This document shows positions 49,300-62,999 of a stretch of DNA of 64,000 nucleotides, one piece after another; position 1 is the stretch's first letter, and each line of letters starts with the position of its first letter. Under the pieces are notes generated by a model that was not told the DNA's origin, searched no databases, and was given only the letters and a program-made list of their open reading frames with translations. Source of the stretch: Octopus sinensis (taxonomy: Eukaryota). Position numbers and translations under genes: made by a program. The DNA lies in NCBI RefSeq assembly GCF_006345805.1, contig NW_021833248.1:1-64000 (forward strand), given 5' to 3'.

Positions 49300-49930
49300 G
49301 TATTGCATTCTAGTATTGCGCATTCAGTATTTCACTAATCCTCTGGGGATTTGCAGTGGGTGCCATATTTTTCTCGAGCTGTTACCCCATCTTGTACCGT
49401 ACTGAAGCAGACACTTTTACAAATTTATTGAAGGATTTGGGGTTTATCTTTATATTTTTGGCAGCCCTGGATTCTTTCTCTGCTCTCTTCTTTCTTGTTG
49501 TAGTGTTTGAATTCATTTTCGATATTATCAATACTTGTTTGAGATAGAGTCCTTCGCTATCCTGTAGTGGACCATTTAGACAGTTTGAGATATTTACTCG
49601 TTGTCTCATTAGAATGGTTATATCCTTGGGAACTATATTTTCCCGTTGGGTTGGCGTTCTCTCTGGAACAAACGTACAGCATATCCAAATGCATCATTGA
49701 CATAAACTGCTATATCTTTATATCAGTTTCATAGGAGACGAAATTTGTTCCATGACTTCTTTTTCGATGCCATTCCTATCAGCTTTATGAAAGTTCAGGC
49801 TGGAGAGCTGGGTACATGGCCTGCATGTCTACTATTTTCTGTAGACCATATATCATTAGCTCTATTAAGTTATGGTCTGAGAGAATCGTCAGTGCCACCT
49901 AAACATTATGGATGGGCACCACGTTATTCG
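49300..49930 (-). mobile_element. Decayed APE/linker fragment of a CR1/L2-group LINE
   Basis: LSDHNLIEL and NIKINPKSFNKF resemble the 21-22 kb element. Confidence 0.55.
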
Positions 49931-49966
49931 TGAAGCAGATGCCCAGGACATTTTTACCCCTTGTTG

Positions 49967-49999
<33 letters not shown>

Positions 50000-50773
50000 T
50001 CGAGGAAAGTAACTGAGAAGAATGAGAAAGAGTCATATATCAAATATGTAAAGTAACCCCAATATACCATTTGATACGTTCGACATAATTATTATACCAC
50101 ATACACAACAAAGACACATATACAATATATACAATAATTACAATCAATTATATTTGCTTCACGATCTTCGGCAAATATGTATGCATATGTGCGCGTGTGT
50201 ATGTACGTATGCATGTGTTTTTATATGTATATATACACACATAATCTATATAAGTGTGTCCACACACACACACGCACACACACATACACGCACACACACA
50301 TGTACACCTAATAATATGGTAGATACTTTTGTAAGTATTTGTGTTTAAAGAACAAAAGAAAATTTACCTGAATGGATCACTCCTCCACACTACAGGTATA
50401 AACTTGTTTGTGTTTGTTTATGCGTATGTGTTCGTATATTTATACACGCGCGCAGATACATACTCATACACACACAAATCACACACTTACACACACGCAC
50501 TACACATGCACGCACACACACAAATACACACTCACATTCAATTAGAACATTTCACGGTATTCAGAAGAAGTTAATCACTATGTATCACGCAATTCAATTT
50601 GTTTGCGGAAGCATTTTCACTTTGACTTAAAGAAAAAGGAAAAGAGCAAAACACAACGATTATTCAATAAGAAATAAATGTAACAAGATAACATTTTATG
50701 TATGAGATGTGATAATTACTTCGCGCACGTAAACTTTTGTTTTGGTATTTATCACAATATGATAAAATATGTA

Positions 50774-52834
50774 ACGTATGTGCTCGGGTAATAGTCGATT
50801 TCATGTAAAATGCGACCCCTTATTTTGGCACAAAACTTGAGAATTTTCCATAGATCCCGTATAAAAGTCGACACTAGTATTTCACGAAGAACAGGACAAC
50901 ATTTGTAGGTTAAGGCACCGTATTGTCCTATAAATAGAAATAACACTGTTACACATTTGTGTGGCTGCATTAGCCTGCTCTATACGTGGGATGCTTGGTG
51001 CTTATAGCAAAACACCATTTAATAGCGAGCACTTCATATTTGCTGATTGGTGCCACAATGTATGCAGAGGATATGCTGGAAGCCTGCACACATCTTCATG
51101 GCCAATAAACACATGCGTCATACACTCGTTGTTTGCATGGTGAGAAACGTGTTTCACAAACAGCACTATTGGCGAACACTAGCAAACGCCTCTATCAGAA
51201 TTCGTGCAAAGGTATGATTTTTCGTAAGCATAAAAGTATTCAATTAATCGCTAGATCAGCGAAATGGCAACTGATCGTGAGCATGGATACGATAGCCCCT
51301 AGGCCGAAATGTATTAACGTTAAATTAATACTGTAAGTTTCACATTGATCTATTTTTTAATTACATCTCTTGTTTCAAGGCATAATATAATTTGTACCGG
51401 TACTCCTTTCTGCTTTAACCCAGGATTCAATTTGCCGTGCAGTTTAGGTACTTGAAAATCGTCAAAGTGTGTTGATCGTGAAGCCACCTTAATTCATGCT
51501 CGAAAGGAATAAAAATTGGATGGAATTTCAAATTTTAAAGCGAATGTTGGATGGTGAGATGTTATGGCATAGTATAACAGCTGAGAACTAAGATCGCACA
51601 AAAACTGCGTGCTGATCTAAATGATAAGATAATAGAGTTTCATAGGTTTGTAATCAGAAATCAGTTGAAAGAGTGTATGCATTATCATGTATTGGGAACA
51701 TGGACGAAACGCTTGTTACTCTTGACATGTCAGAGAATCGAACTGCGAATCAAAGAGGAGATAAAGCAGTATTCATGATAACCACTGGCCACGAGAAAAG
51801 GTTACTTTAGTTCTTTCATGTATGGCTAATGGTAATAAATTAAAACCGATGGTTGTTTTTAAGAGAAAAACTGTGCCGAATGAGATATTTACAAAAAGAA
51901 TTATCATCCATGTGCATCCACAAGGATGGATAGAAGATGAGGGTCGTTGTAGAAAATGGATTAAAGATGTTTGGAATTTACGACCTGTGGAATGCATTGG
52001 ATGGTACAGAAGACGATTGTCTATGGGATGACAAGTATAACGAAGTGGATGATGCGCTACCTCTAAATATGGAGAGCGAAGATGATGATGAAGAGAATCC
52101 TTACGTTGATGCCATTCATCCTCATGATTAGGAAGCTTTATTCAGTGCTGAAGATGATAAACTGTGTTAAATAAATTGGTAGTGTAGTCTCTAATCTAGC
52201 CACGAAAAAGAAAACGTTTTCGGTGGAAACTCGCTGGTGGAAAGTGATATTGTGCTTCTACTTCTTTTATCAGTTCTGGTATTTAATACATTAAATTGCA
52301 TTTAGATTATTCGAAATAAAGATGCACCACTAATATACTGTACTTGTGATGTGTGTGACTTTAACCATGAATATGAAAATAGTATAATTTATTGAAGAGG
52401 TATGAAGTGAAACACGCCGAGTAGATATCAGCTGTATGCACCGTATTACGGTAAGTAGTGACATGCCCAGTACCGGTGATAATATAACATAATTATGAGA
52501 TATAAATTGATTTCACTCTGCTAGTCTGTTAAGTTTGATTGATACAAATAAAAGAGTTAGCGCAAATATTTATAAAAGCTACGCGGTCTTGTTTATGGGT
52601 TTTGTTACTTACTAGGATGTGGGATGTGATGCATAAAATTAATATTACTGTAATTCATCGTGTTTTTGTTTTTATTCGCTTAGAGATCATGTAGGCTTCT
52701 GCCGCTGATACAGTACTTTGGATTCTAGCTTGAATTCCAGCTCCTCAAAAGTAATATCCATGTAATAGATGACCCCATAAACTTGACCTTAAAAGATGGC
52801 TTAAAATATTCGACATTCTCACGAGTATATACGG
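50774..52834 (+). mobile_element. pogo/Tigger-like DNA transposon, decayed, with TIRs and TA TSD
   Basis: TA 50772-73 and 52835-36. Ends match at 19 of 27 nt including the TA. DDE_1 remnants IGNMDET..TTGHEK and ANGNKLKPMVVFKRKT. The paralog supplies the empty site. Confidence 0.85.
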
Positions 52835-52847
52835 TATTCCTTCTCAG

Positions 52848-53196
52848 TCAATCACGTGATTCGAAAAGTAAATCTTCACGTAATTACTTTCCCAGTGCGG
52901 TTATTCCAAATAGGTTTGGACAGTAATGTAGCTTGTAGAGAATGTTATGGGACTCGTGTTCCACATTCTGTTACCGTTATTCCAGAAACTGACAGATTAA
53001 TTCAGATTAATTTAGACGTGAAACATCCAATCAGAAATAGAGTTCTTTTCTCTTTGTGTGACATATTCTGAATGTGTTATGATTATAGGCAGTGTTTCCA
53101 ACGATGTATGTATCGTTCGTAAAATCAAGCTATTGCCTGTTGCTTCATCATTCATTGACATTCCTGCAAGCAATGTTTATACCATGCTACAAGATC
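52848..53196 (+). pseudogene. Disabled paralog of the PAN/Apple exon
   Basis: Colinear with 8404-8742. A 10-bp duplication (52995-53014) shifts the frame, the donor GTGAGT has become TTGAGT, and one Cys is lost (ECFSHC to EFFSLC). Confidence 0.88.
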
Positions 53197-55149
53197 TTGA
53201 GTAGTATTCTTTTCAAGAGGATGTATTTCATATATTGCTACTATGTGTTTAGCCATTGTTACATCCTGTTCTAGAAAACCCATATTCAAAGGCGTTCGAG
53301 CTGATTCCGTAGTATAAAGTGTCCTTAGTGAAAACGGTATCCGTTGTTTTTGAGAAATTTGACTTTTATTTCCAGCAGGACACATGACTACGTAAATGTC
53401 CTCACATTGGATCATATTGCATATATTGTTGAAGAATAACTATTCTAAAAGTCGTTTAAGCTGTAATCATCTTAGTTTAAACTAATGCATCATGGTCTTA
53501 TAAATAATCCAGTCTTTTTACTTTTATCTAAAGCAGTAAGATGTTTATTTGAAATCCCGTTGGCTGTTATTTCTAAGATATCTTGCAACCACATAGACGC
53601 TACTTTTGGTCCGTATTGTGCAAGTGGGTTTTGTAGAAGATTGAGCTTTCGTTGTATATTTAGTTGCATATTTAATATACACGTGTGTTTCGATAGTTTT
53701 ATCATATCAGATCACATGTATGGATAGATAAGATATGTCCTCTGGTGATATACAAATATTACACAGTATCATCAAATATCACAAATAATATTTGTTCCAG
53801 AAGGCGTCTCACTAACCAACGGATTAAATCGTGGTCTCTCACATTATGCCTATTCGAAAAGATTCTAGGGTTGTACAAAATAATGTGTCTTTAAATAAAA
53901 TTTAATAAAAGTATGTAAGAATTGCAATTCATAATTGTTCAAATAGCATGTTATTACAAATTTTGTATTGGAATGAGATACTGCTCCAAAGTAATTTTTG
54001 CTTCATTCTATGTTTTAATAACTGAAGAGTGGTAACAACGGTTTTCCGTAGAATATAGGTATGATGCATACGATTTTTTGAAAATATCGTATACAGCTTC
54101 CACGGCAAAATAAGTTTGAAGACCATTGTATGAGATACCTTCCATGTCTCCTTGTAAAACAACTAATAATAGCATCAGTAATCAAAGCTCTGAAGGCCTA
54201 TACATACGTAAGCATTTTGTAATTGTTGATTTGAGGAATAGTAGCGTATTGCTTTTCTTTTATCCTTTAAGTTTTCCTTATTTTTAGAGCTCATATGATC
54301 GCAGCTGCACAGTAATATAACTATGTTTTTGACATTTCTTTCCATATATTACTTTCAGAATGTTTTACGTTGCTCCTAAAATTATATGACGTTGTTGTTG
54401 CTGTTGGGGATGAGATTCACTTTGATCGAGACATTTCCGCCGTAATTATCTCGTCTAGTTTACAGTACTCTACTAAACATATTATTTAATGAGCTCCTTG
54501 CCTAACATGAGGATGTGATTTCAGGGCGTTTTGACTGATCCTTGAAAAAGATCAAACGGCAAGAGAGACATTTCCCATCAGTGTGTTTTCGCAAATTTTA
54601 TGATTAATAACTTCTCACGTAATTTTTTTGCTTAGCCCTATGCTATGGTAGGAAACACACTTTAGCTCATCATACAGTGAGATTAAACCTGGAACAACGT
54701 GGTTAATAAGTCGACTTCTTTACACAGCCATGATTGTACTCCATTATAATTCTATTCTAATCAATGTAGATAGCATAGTGTTCCTACATAACTACTTAAT
54801 TTGGTCACTTATTATAATATTTTTGTTGTTTGTCTCTTCAACCTTCATGCATAGTCATCTCACATAGTTTCGTTCTACTTTCCATTTTCATCACAAACGT
54901 TCACACTCATACCATTACTAGATTGCTTTAATGAAATACCTTTTCTGCTATTGTATCTTGAAATTCGTGGAAATCGAGAATAGTTATGATTTAATATTTA
55001 ATATTTCGGTTGATTGATTATCCAAATGTTGTCCCACAGTCTTCTGAATACTTTTCATCTTTCATTTTTAAAGTCTCTTATAATTTGTTTTCTTTGAATT
55101 AATTTTTTTTCATTTAGCAACACATTTTTTTTCTAATTTGTAGCAACAA

Positions 55150-55350
55150 TAAGAAGGCACGAATTCTGAGCTGCATCTATTAATTATTTGGGCTCACATT
55201 ACGAGATATGAAGAAAATGATGGAGAAAATCTGCTCCTAAAATTGGATGAAGAAGGTCAGCAATGATAAAAACAATCCACTGGAAACTTCGTCCAGTGCG
55301 AGTAAAATCTCACCGAAAGTTTTAACAGGAGAGTCGTTGATTGCTGAATA

Positions 55351-55430
<80 letters not shown>

Positions 55431-55845
55431 ATATCAGAAGCGAAAAGTTTTTCTTTGACAAATTTAGAGGGTCCTATACTGCAGGACACTCCGGAGTCGA
55501 CTATAAATTCCTTCTTAGACTCGAAATCTAATATAAAAAATGCGTGACTAGGAGAAAATGTGCCAGGAACTGCGGTCACGCTGGGAGCTCGGCTTTTTAG
55601 TTTTCCTGAGTTTTTAAATGTACGAGGCGAAATACATTTCTCAGCTGTAGAACCAAACTTATAATGATACCAGCAAAAAGGTTTTGATCTGCTGGGAGAA
55701 CGGACATTAGAACGACGATAGCGACGAGGTGATGAATTTCTATTGATATGCAAGAGACAAATTTCTGTGACTAGCTTATCTATAGTCATCTGTGTAGATT
55801 CACGAAATTCTTTGAATTTAGAAGAAACTGTTGCAACTGACAAAA
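55150..55845 (-). mobile_element. Ty3/Gypsy gag C-terminus plus aspartic protease fragment, split by (TA)n
   Basis: FCWYHYKFGSTAEKCISP, FIVDSGVSCSI and IIADLLHPILGADFLHHF. Confidence 0.85.
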
Positions 55846-56023
55846 GAGAGTTGTTCTGTTCTGGAATAGGTTTTGTATTAATTATATGTTACAATCAAAT
55901 CTACCTCTAACAACAAATTCACAGTAAAATTTGTTTGAATTATTGCCTAAGTTATTGCCAAGTCTTCACATTTTTAGTATTGACCCAATGCCTATTTTTT
56001 ACATAATGAATTTGCCTAACATA

Positions 56024-57313
56024 CGAGGGGCGTTCAATAAGTAATGCCCCTGACCCACTTCCCATAACAGTAGAGCAACGAAACTTGGCACAGTTATTAG
56101 TCTCTTTTTACATAGGAACCACCCAGAGTTACGCATTTCTCCCATCATTTTATGCAGCTCTGGAGACCGTTTTTGTAGAAGACCCCAGTTTGGTCCTCCA
56201 ACCACGACGTGACTTCAGAAATCAAGGCTGCATCATATGGGAAACGCTTTCCTTTCAAAAACAACATCATGGCTGGGAAGAGGTGAAAATCAGAGGGTGC
56301 AAGGTCAGGAGATTAGGGGGATGGGGGAGGAGTTCATAATCGCACGCCTGTGCTTCTGATCTGGCGACACGTGAGTTGTAGACCGGAGCGTTGTCCTGCA
56401 GGAAGAGGATGCCTTTGCTGATCTTGCCCGCCTCTTGATTTTAATAGCTTCTCTTAATTTCTTCAAAAGTGAAGCATAATAGGCTCCTGTAATTGTGGTA
56501 CCCTTTGCCAGGAAATCTGTCATCACTACTCCGTCCTGGTCCCAGAAGACTGTGAGCATGACCTTGCCAGCGGAGGGCTGCACCCTTGCCTTCTTTGGAG
56601 GAGGTGAGTCACGGTGCTTCCACTGCATTGACTGGGCTTTGGTCTATGGATCATAGTGATGGACCCAGGTTTCATCCTGTGTAATCAGTCTTCTGAAAAA
56701 TTTTGACTCATCTTCTTGGCACATCTCCAAATTCACCCTCGAGCACTCGACGCGTTCTTGCTTCTGGAAAGGTGTGAGCAACCTGGGAATCCATCTGGCA
56801 GACACCTTTTGCATATGCAAATGGTCATGAATGATAGTTTCCACATACCCGGTACTAATCTTGACCTCATGGGCTATTTGGCGAATAGTTATGCGTCGAT
56901 CTTCCAAAATGGCAGCCTCAACTTGACGGACAGATGCCTCATCAATGGCAGAAGGGGGCGACCAGATCTAGGAGCTGTTTCCACAGAGTTCCGACCATGT
57001 TTAAATTCACGATGCCAGCGTTTTACAAGGTCATATGATGGGGCATCATCACCATAAGTTACTTTCATTTCATCAAAAGTCTCCCGTGGTGTGCCTCCTT
57101 TCAAATACAAAAACCGGATCACTGCTCGACACTCAACTGGCTCCATTTCACACTTGACTCTGTTCAAACACCTGTAAATCAGAAACCACAATTAGTTCAG
57201 AGCTGTAATTTGCCACTTAATCTATAAAGATATAAATAATTGCACATGCAAAATTTCAGCTAGATCAAACAAATGCAAGTGGGTCAGGAGCATTACTTAT
57301 TGAACGTCCCTCG
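56024..57313 (-). mobile_element. Full-length 1290-bp mariner (DD34D-type), transposase disrupted
   Basis: 36-bp TIRs with 2 mismatches and TA at 56022-23 and 57314-15. Confidence 0.95.
56097..57146 (-). pseudogene. Mariner transposase with frameshifts and a stop
   Basis: MEPVECRAVIRFL..PRSGRP, SARWIPRLL, QDETWVHHYDP, LQDNAP, HPP*SPDLAPSDFHLF and WEKCVTLGGSYVK. Confidence 0.9.
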
Positions 57314-60081
57314 TATTTATTATTCTGCTTTGTATAAAACTTTAGCTATATTAATACTTCTGGCTATCATTTTTTTGACATTCTAGAGTGTCAATATTTT
57401 AATAAAATAATGGTACCTTTTTTTAATTATAATGTTATTTTGTAAATTAAAATCAAATAATATTTAATATTCAAATTTTACCCTTAGTTGCAATAGTTGA
57501 AGTAAACATGTTCTTGTTCTGTTCTTTACTTGATACAATAAGTTATCCTGAACTTTTCCAAGTGTAATAATTTTTCCTATAATTTTCCAGGTTTATAATC
57601 TTAAAAATATTATTTCTCTTGCTCGCATTTTTCCATGTAATTATGTTTTTTCCAGGTTATGCTATTATGCTAATTAGTAATGCGTGAAATGTATGAATTA
57701 GCGTTATTGTTGATAAGTTTTCCTTACCTCAATGACGCCGGTGATATATATTAAAAGTCCCCTTACAGAACTATATTCATAAAAATGTATCGAACATTAT
57801 TATCACCTTCAAATTTGAGAAACAAGCATTCATAACTTGTTTGCTGTAAAACTTCATTGCATGAGATTGATACCATGAAATTTCTCGAATCGAGCTCTAT
57901 CATGTAAGCTTAAGTAAAATATAGTTTGCTTTTAAAATAAAAAAAGTTAATGATACTTAAATCCAATTTTTGCTCTACTTATATTTTTTTTTCATGATAT
58001 TTTACTTCAGCTTTTTTTATACAAATTTTTGTTACCTGGTACCAAAACTATGAAATTCTGCATGCTTTCTTTTATCATTGAAGCTAAGATAAAAAGTTTT
58101 GGCTTTTAACATAAAAAAAAGTTATTTAGATCTAAACTTGATAGTAGGCGTTACTCACTCTCCTATAACGTTGCTACAGATTTTGATGTAAACCTTTTTT
58201 TCTACTGGATCAAATCTTTTATGCCGGAATGTAGCTAGAGATCAGTCCTCTTCAAAAATGTTAACAGTTTTTAATTTGGTTCAGAACTGAATTAGCGACA
58301 AGCTCTGAAAGATGCTGCATTTGAGTAAATTGCGGCATTAAGAATATCATTCAACTACCACAGTAGTTGAATGATAACTAATTACTTAGTCATGATTAGC
58401 ATATGCAAGTATACATATACAGAGACACACACACATATGTATATATATATATAGATATATACACCTCTCTCACTCCCTCTCTATTGTTCTCTCTCTCCCT
58501 CACACACACATACATACACAAATAAATGTCTGAAATATTGAATGGTATATCTATAATATTATCTATCAATATAGTTATATTGTTATTTCCATATTATTTT
58601 TAAAACAAATTTCGAATTTACTTTATTATGCAGCTGGTTTGAAGAAAACCTCCAGCATACCTCTTATTAATCATAGGAGATAATACATTTCAAAAACAGT
58701 TCGAATATATTCTCAGAGTGACTGATATTGGTCTGTTCATTTTCCTCAACTTGAGTAGATATATGACTGGAGCTAGTCTAGTAAGAGGAAAAGTAATAAA
58801 GTGCTTGCAACTAAAGATATACAACAGCTAACTATTGACGTTAAAGTCTACCATGTCCCAAAATAAACTGATTCACAGAACAATTTTTTACACAAAGTTC
58901 CTCGACCAAATCTATATCTGGCATTGGGTGCATAGATTGTTTTAAAGTTATTGTCCCAAAGTTCTGCGCAGTGAGATCGAAACAAAAGCCAAGGAGCTGA
59001 GGAATTACATTTGTTCTTAAAGAACATTATTATTTGTCATGCTTTTTTTCTACCTGCCATTTTCTCTTTTTGTAAGCGGCGTCTTCCATTTTTAAATCAA
59101 GAAGATCTATAAAACTGATACTCGCTTAAAATTATTTTAATATTTCGATTTTAATTCTTTTTTATGATGATAAAACTATTAGAAACTAACAAACAAAATT
59201 CATTCCTTTGGATGGTCATCAATTTCTCTACCTTTATTGATCGTTTTGATAGCTAATTCTTTTGCAAGTTACCACTCACCGCCGGAAAATTGAAATATGT
59301 TCTAAATTGTTTTCAAGCACTTACTGATACAAACTGCAAAAATGATATTAATCATCAAGAAATATTGTTTTTCTTTCATTTCATAATAGCTTCTAATTTA
59401 CTTTTTTAATGTTTCATACAATGAACATGATTACTCAGTTCCATAGAATTTGCGAGTGTTAATTGTGAGCAATGTAATGTAAAGAATCAACATCGTGTCA
59501 AAAGTCGATATTAGACAACAACGTAATAAACTTATTCATTAACTGTCGAAGTGTCCATAAGACCTCCGAATTTTTAAAGAAAATTATATTGTTTGGAGAT
59601 AAATTGTTCTAATGAAACTAGAATTTCCGAGTGAAACAAGTGCAAAGCAATTTAATCTTTAAAACACATGCTTCTACCTGTTTTCTTCCATTACTGATCA
59701 ATGAAGACATTCACTTCAGTTACGAGGTCGATTCGGGTTTTTCTATATATCAGTATATGTATAAGAAACATTGTTGTATGAAAATATCGATCATATGCAA
59801 GCAAATCCAGTGCGTAGTTTCATCTGATGTACTGACTGAGTCTTTGCAAGGTTCTTGCTTAGTTTACGTTGCCTAGATGCGGCCTCTAAACAGGAAATGC
59901 TTTCTTTTCTGATGAGAATAGATACATGGAGCCTGTTCAGAGAATGCTGTTTCCAGAATTTTTGTCAATGCCTATAGCTTCCACTTTTACTCTCAGTCAA
60001 TAATCGTAGTTTTTTTTCTCCGCTGACTGCTACTCTATTGCAATTCTAACAATATCAACTACATATGGCTGGGAGATAAAT

Positions 60082-60400
60082 TTACACAAAATAGCCACCC
60101 TCAGCTCCCACTGCGATCTCAAGCCGGATCAGGAAACTTGCGCATGATTCCTTCAATGTGAGCTTGAGAAAATCTTCGAACACCTTCGACATCTTCACCA
60201 GATTTGTCATGCTCAGGAAGTTGTAACAAACAGCCAACGAGAAATTTTGCGTTAAACTTAGGAACTCTGCTACAGAGACATTGATCATGCTTCGGTAATC
60301 TTTCGTTTTTGAGTGGCACACTTTCTTCAAAGCAGAAGAACGTTCCTGGAAGACAATGAGCGATCTGGAAGACCTGCCACGAAATGGGGTATTGTGTATC
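60082..60400. mobile_element. Short Tc1/mariner transposase scraps on both strands
   Basis: The minus strand has RLEIAVGAEGGYF (C-terminus). The plus strand has a decayed N-terminus (ANEKFCVKL..TETLIML..FEWH). Confidence 0.5.
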
Positions 60401-60446
60401 GAGACTGCAATTGAGAGTTCTACTGTGAAGTTTGAGGTGCACACAC

Positions 60447-60505
<59 letters not shown>

Positions 60506-61269
60506 ATCTCACCGAATAAACTGCTCTTCTCTCTAGACATCACATTCTGCGTTCCCTTCCTAGTTTCTACAATCACCTGATAAATAATTCCTGACTTTCC
60601 TGTGAAGCACTAACCGATTATCAAAATAATATACTTACTCAATAATATTAAAAGTTTAAAATACTTATAGAAATTAAAAAAAACAAGTATATGAAATTTT
60701 TGTGGAGAGGCAGAACGGAATGAATTTCACCAAGAAACAGAATCAGGTTTTTTACAATAAAATACTACCACATTCAGCAACATATAGATATTGATTATAG
60801 ACATTCATCTAATGCATCCACAATGAAACATCAAGAAATACAACTGCATCTACGCATCAGAAATAAACGAATTCATAATAAACCAGTGTCAAACACAAAT
60901 ACATTTCATCAAACCACATCTCAGCATTAAACAACTTAATAATGAAATAAATTCAAATATATAAATAAACAATAGAAAAACAGAACATGGAAAATTTTGT
61001 ATCGTGCAAAACGCATAAATCTATAAAGAGTGCAGCATTATCACGAACACCACCAAAAATAGCAACAACAACAGCGATCTGAACACGTGTCAAAATATCA
61101 ACTTCGCTCACAGGCCAAATTATCAAGCATTTCTAGAAACCATCCAAAAGACGATATGAAAGAAGAAGCGAAAATTACACTAGCTATCTAAATATATATG
61201 TGTATATATGTTTGATCATCCCTTAAATAATGCGGTTTTGTCAATTGCATTAACAGAAGACATGAGATT

Positions 61270-61606
61270 TAGGACTGGTACTTATTTTATCGACCACGAC
61301 GGAGTTTGAACTCAGAACGTAAAGACGGACGAAATATCACAAAGAATTTAACCGTGTATGCTAATTATTCTCCCTGCATGCCGCCTTAACCACAATAATA
61401 CATTTTCTACTAAAGGCAGAAGGCATGAGATTTAGGGGAGAGGGCTAGTCAATTACTTCCATCCCAGTACCCAACTAGTACTTATTTTATCGACCCTGAA
61501 ACAATGGAAAGCGAAGTTAATCATGACGAAATATCAACTCAGATCGTAAAGACGGATGAAATGCCGCTAAGCACTTTGTCCGGAGTGCTAACCATCCTGG
61601 CAGCTC
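61270..61606 (-). mobile_element. Two SINE family 1 copies
   Basis: Both carry CTGGTACTTATTTTATCGAC or CTAGTACTTATTTTATCGAC followed by AACTCAGA..GTAAAGACGG. Confidence 0.7.
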
Positions 61607-62084
61607 AAATATCCCGAAATCCCCAAAATGTGAGAACCACAAAAAAAATAAAATAATAATAATTATAATAATAATTCATATGCCAGGAAACCTAAAAGTA
61701 TCAGATCTACAACAAAATGTTTTCATGGCGATTATCCTCATTGTAAGAAAAACATTGTCGACTTGGAAATAACTGATTTTCTAAAAACTCTTTCAAAACC
61801 GAAATATTACAAACGTATAGAAACTTAGTTCTCAGATGCTGTTCTCCTTCCGCTACAGCATATCATTGCCAATCATAAATAACACTCATACTAGAACGTC
61901 CAAATTGCTGTTACATGATGTTTCTGGATCAGACTCGGAACAATTCGTATAAAATCTAGCAACAATAACGTAAATAATACTAATAATAATCCTCTCTACA
62001 ATAGGCACTAATCTAGCAATTCTTGTGAGAGGTGTTCCTTATTGCTAAACAAGTAATTACATAAACTGTTAAGTACCTGAACTG

Positions 62085-62340
62085 GTAATTACCCTAAGTG
62101 GTAATTATTTTATCGACTCTGAATGGATGAAAAGCAACGTCGTTATTCACAGCATTTGGACTCAGAGAGTAGTGAGGTGGAAGAAATTGCTAAACATGCA
62201 TTTGATCATAATTGATCATAACGAACTGAAATATGAAATCAATAGGATGTGAAAAATAAAGCATTCAAACATCACACCAGTAATCGTAGGTGCATTAGGA
62301 ACAGCAAAGGAAAACAATAGCAAAATAGAGAAAATCGAAG
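62085..62340. mobile_element. SINE family 1 remnant (minus) followed by an RLE 3' scrap (plus)
   Basis: TTTTATCGAC..GGATGAAAAGC..TTTGGACTCAGA, then NELKYEINRM..ITPVIVGALGT. Confidence 0.55.
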
Positions 62341-62642
62341 CAGATAGTGACAGAGCTATTGCAAACAGTTTTCTCAGTATTCCGATGTTGTTTTTCTGTT
62401 TCGCTGAGTCCAATCGTCACTGTTTGGACTAAGGTTTACTTATACAGTAATTTAAAATCAGGTTAAAAGCATTTGTTTTCCTCTTCTTCATTAACGTTAG
62501 CCATTTGTTTCGCTGAAGGAAAATGATTGCAAGTCATTATTTATACTTTGTGCCCCACCACCTATACGGCAAGTTTTGATAAATACAACGAAAATGATGA
62601 TAATAGTAATAAAAGTGAAGAAAAATTAGCTTAATAAAAGTG

Positions 62643-62699
<57 letters not shown>

Positions 62700-62700
62700 T

Positions 62701-62741
<41 letters not shown>

Positions 62742-62752
62742 TTGGTGGTGGT

Positions 62753-62797
<45 letters not shown>

Positions 62798-62999
62798 ATA
62801 ATAATAAATAATGAAAATAATAATAATAATAATATATAATAATAATAATAATAATAATAATGCTATTTGTAGCAGCAGCAGCAGTAGTAGTAGTAGAAGT
62901 AGGAGTAATTGTTGTTGTTGTTGTTGTAGTAGTAGTAATTTAGTTTCAAAATGGTCAACACGCATCACATAAACTAGCAGATAAATGTACATATCCAGC

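Noticed and set aside
53400-54200. Short ORFs downstream of the PAN pseudo-exon
   Set aside because: No recognisable domain, and probably old repeat debris.
58676-58722. IIHFKNS..CAGAGTGAC resembles the end of the CTLD-N exon
   Set aside because: Stops lie immediately upstream and there is no W-x-EA-x2-C motif, so it is likely chance.
59900-59950. CTGATGA followed by a 6-bp stem (GAATAG/CTGTTC)
   Set aside because: No GAAA follows the stem, and there is no stem III or cleavage triplet.
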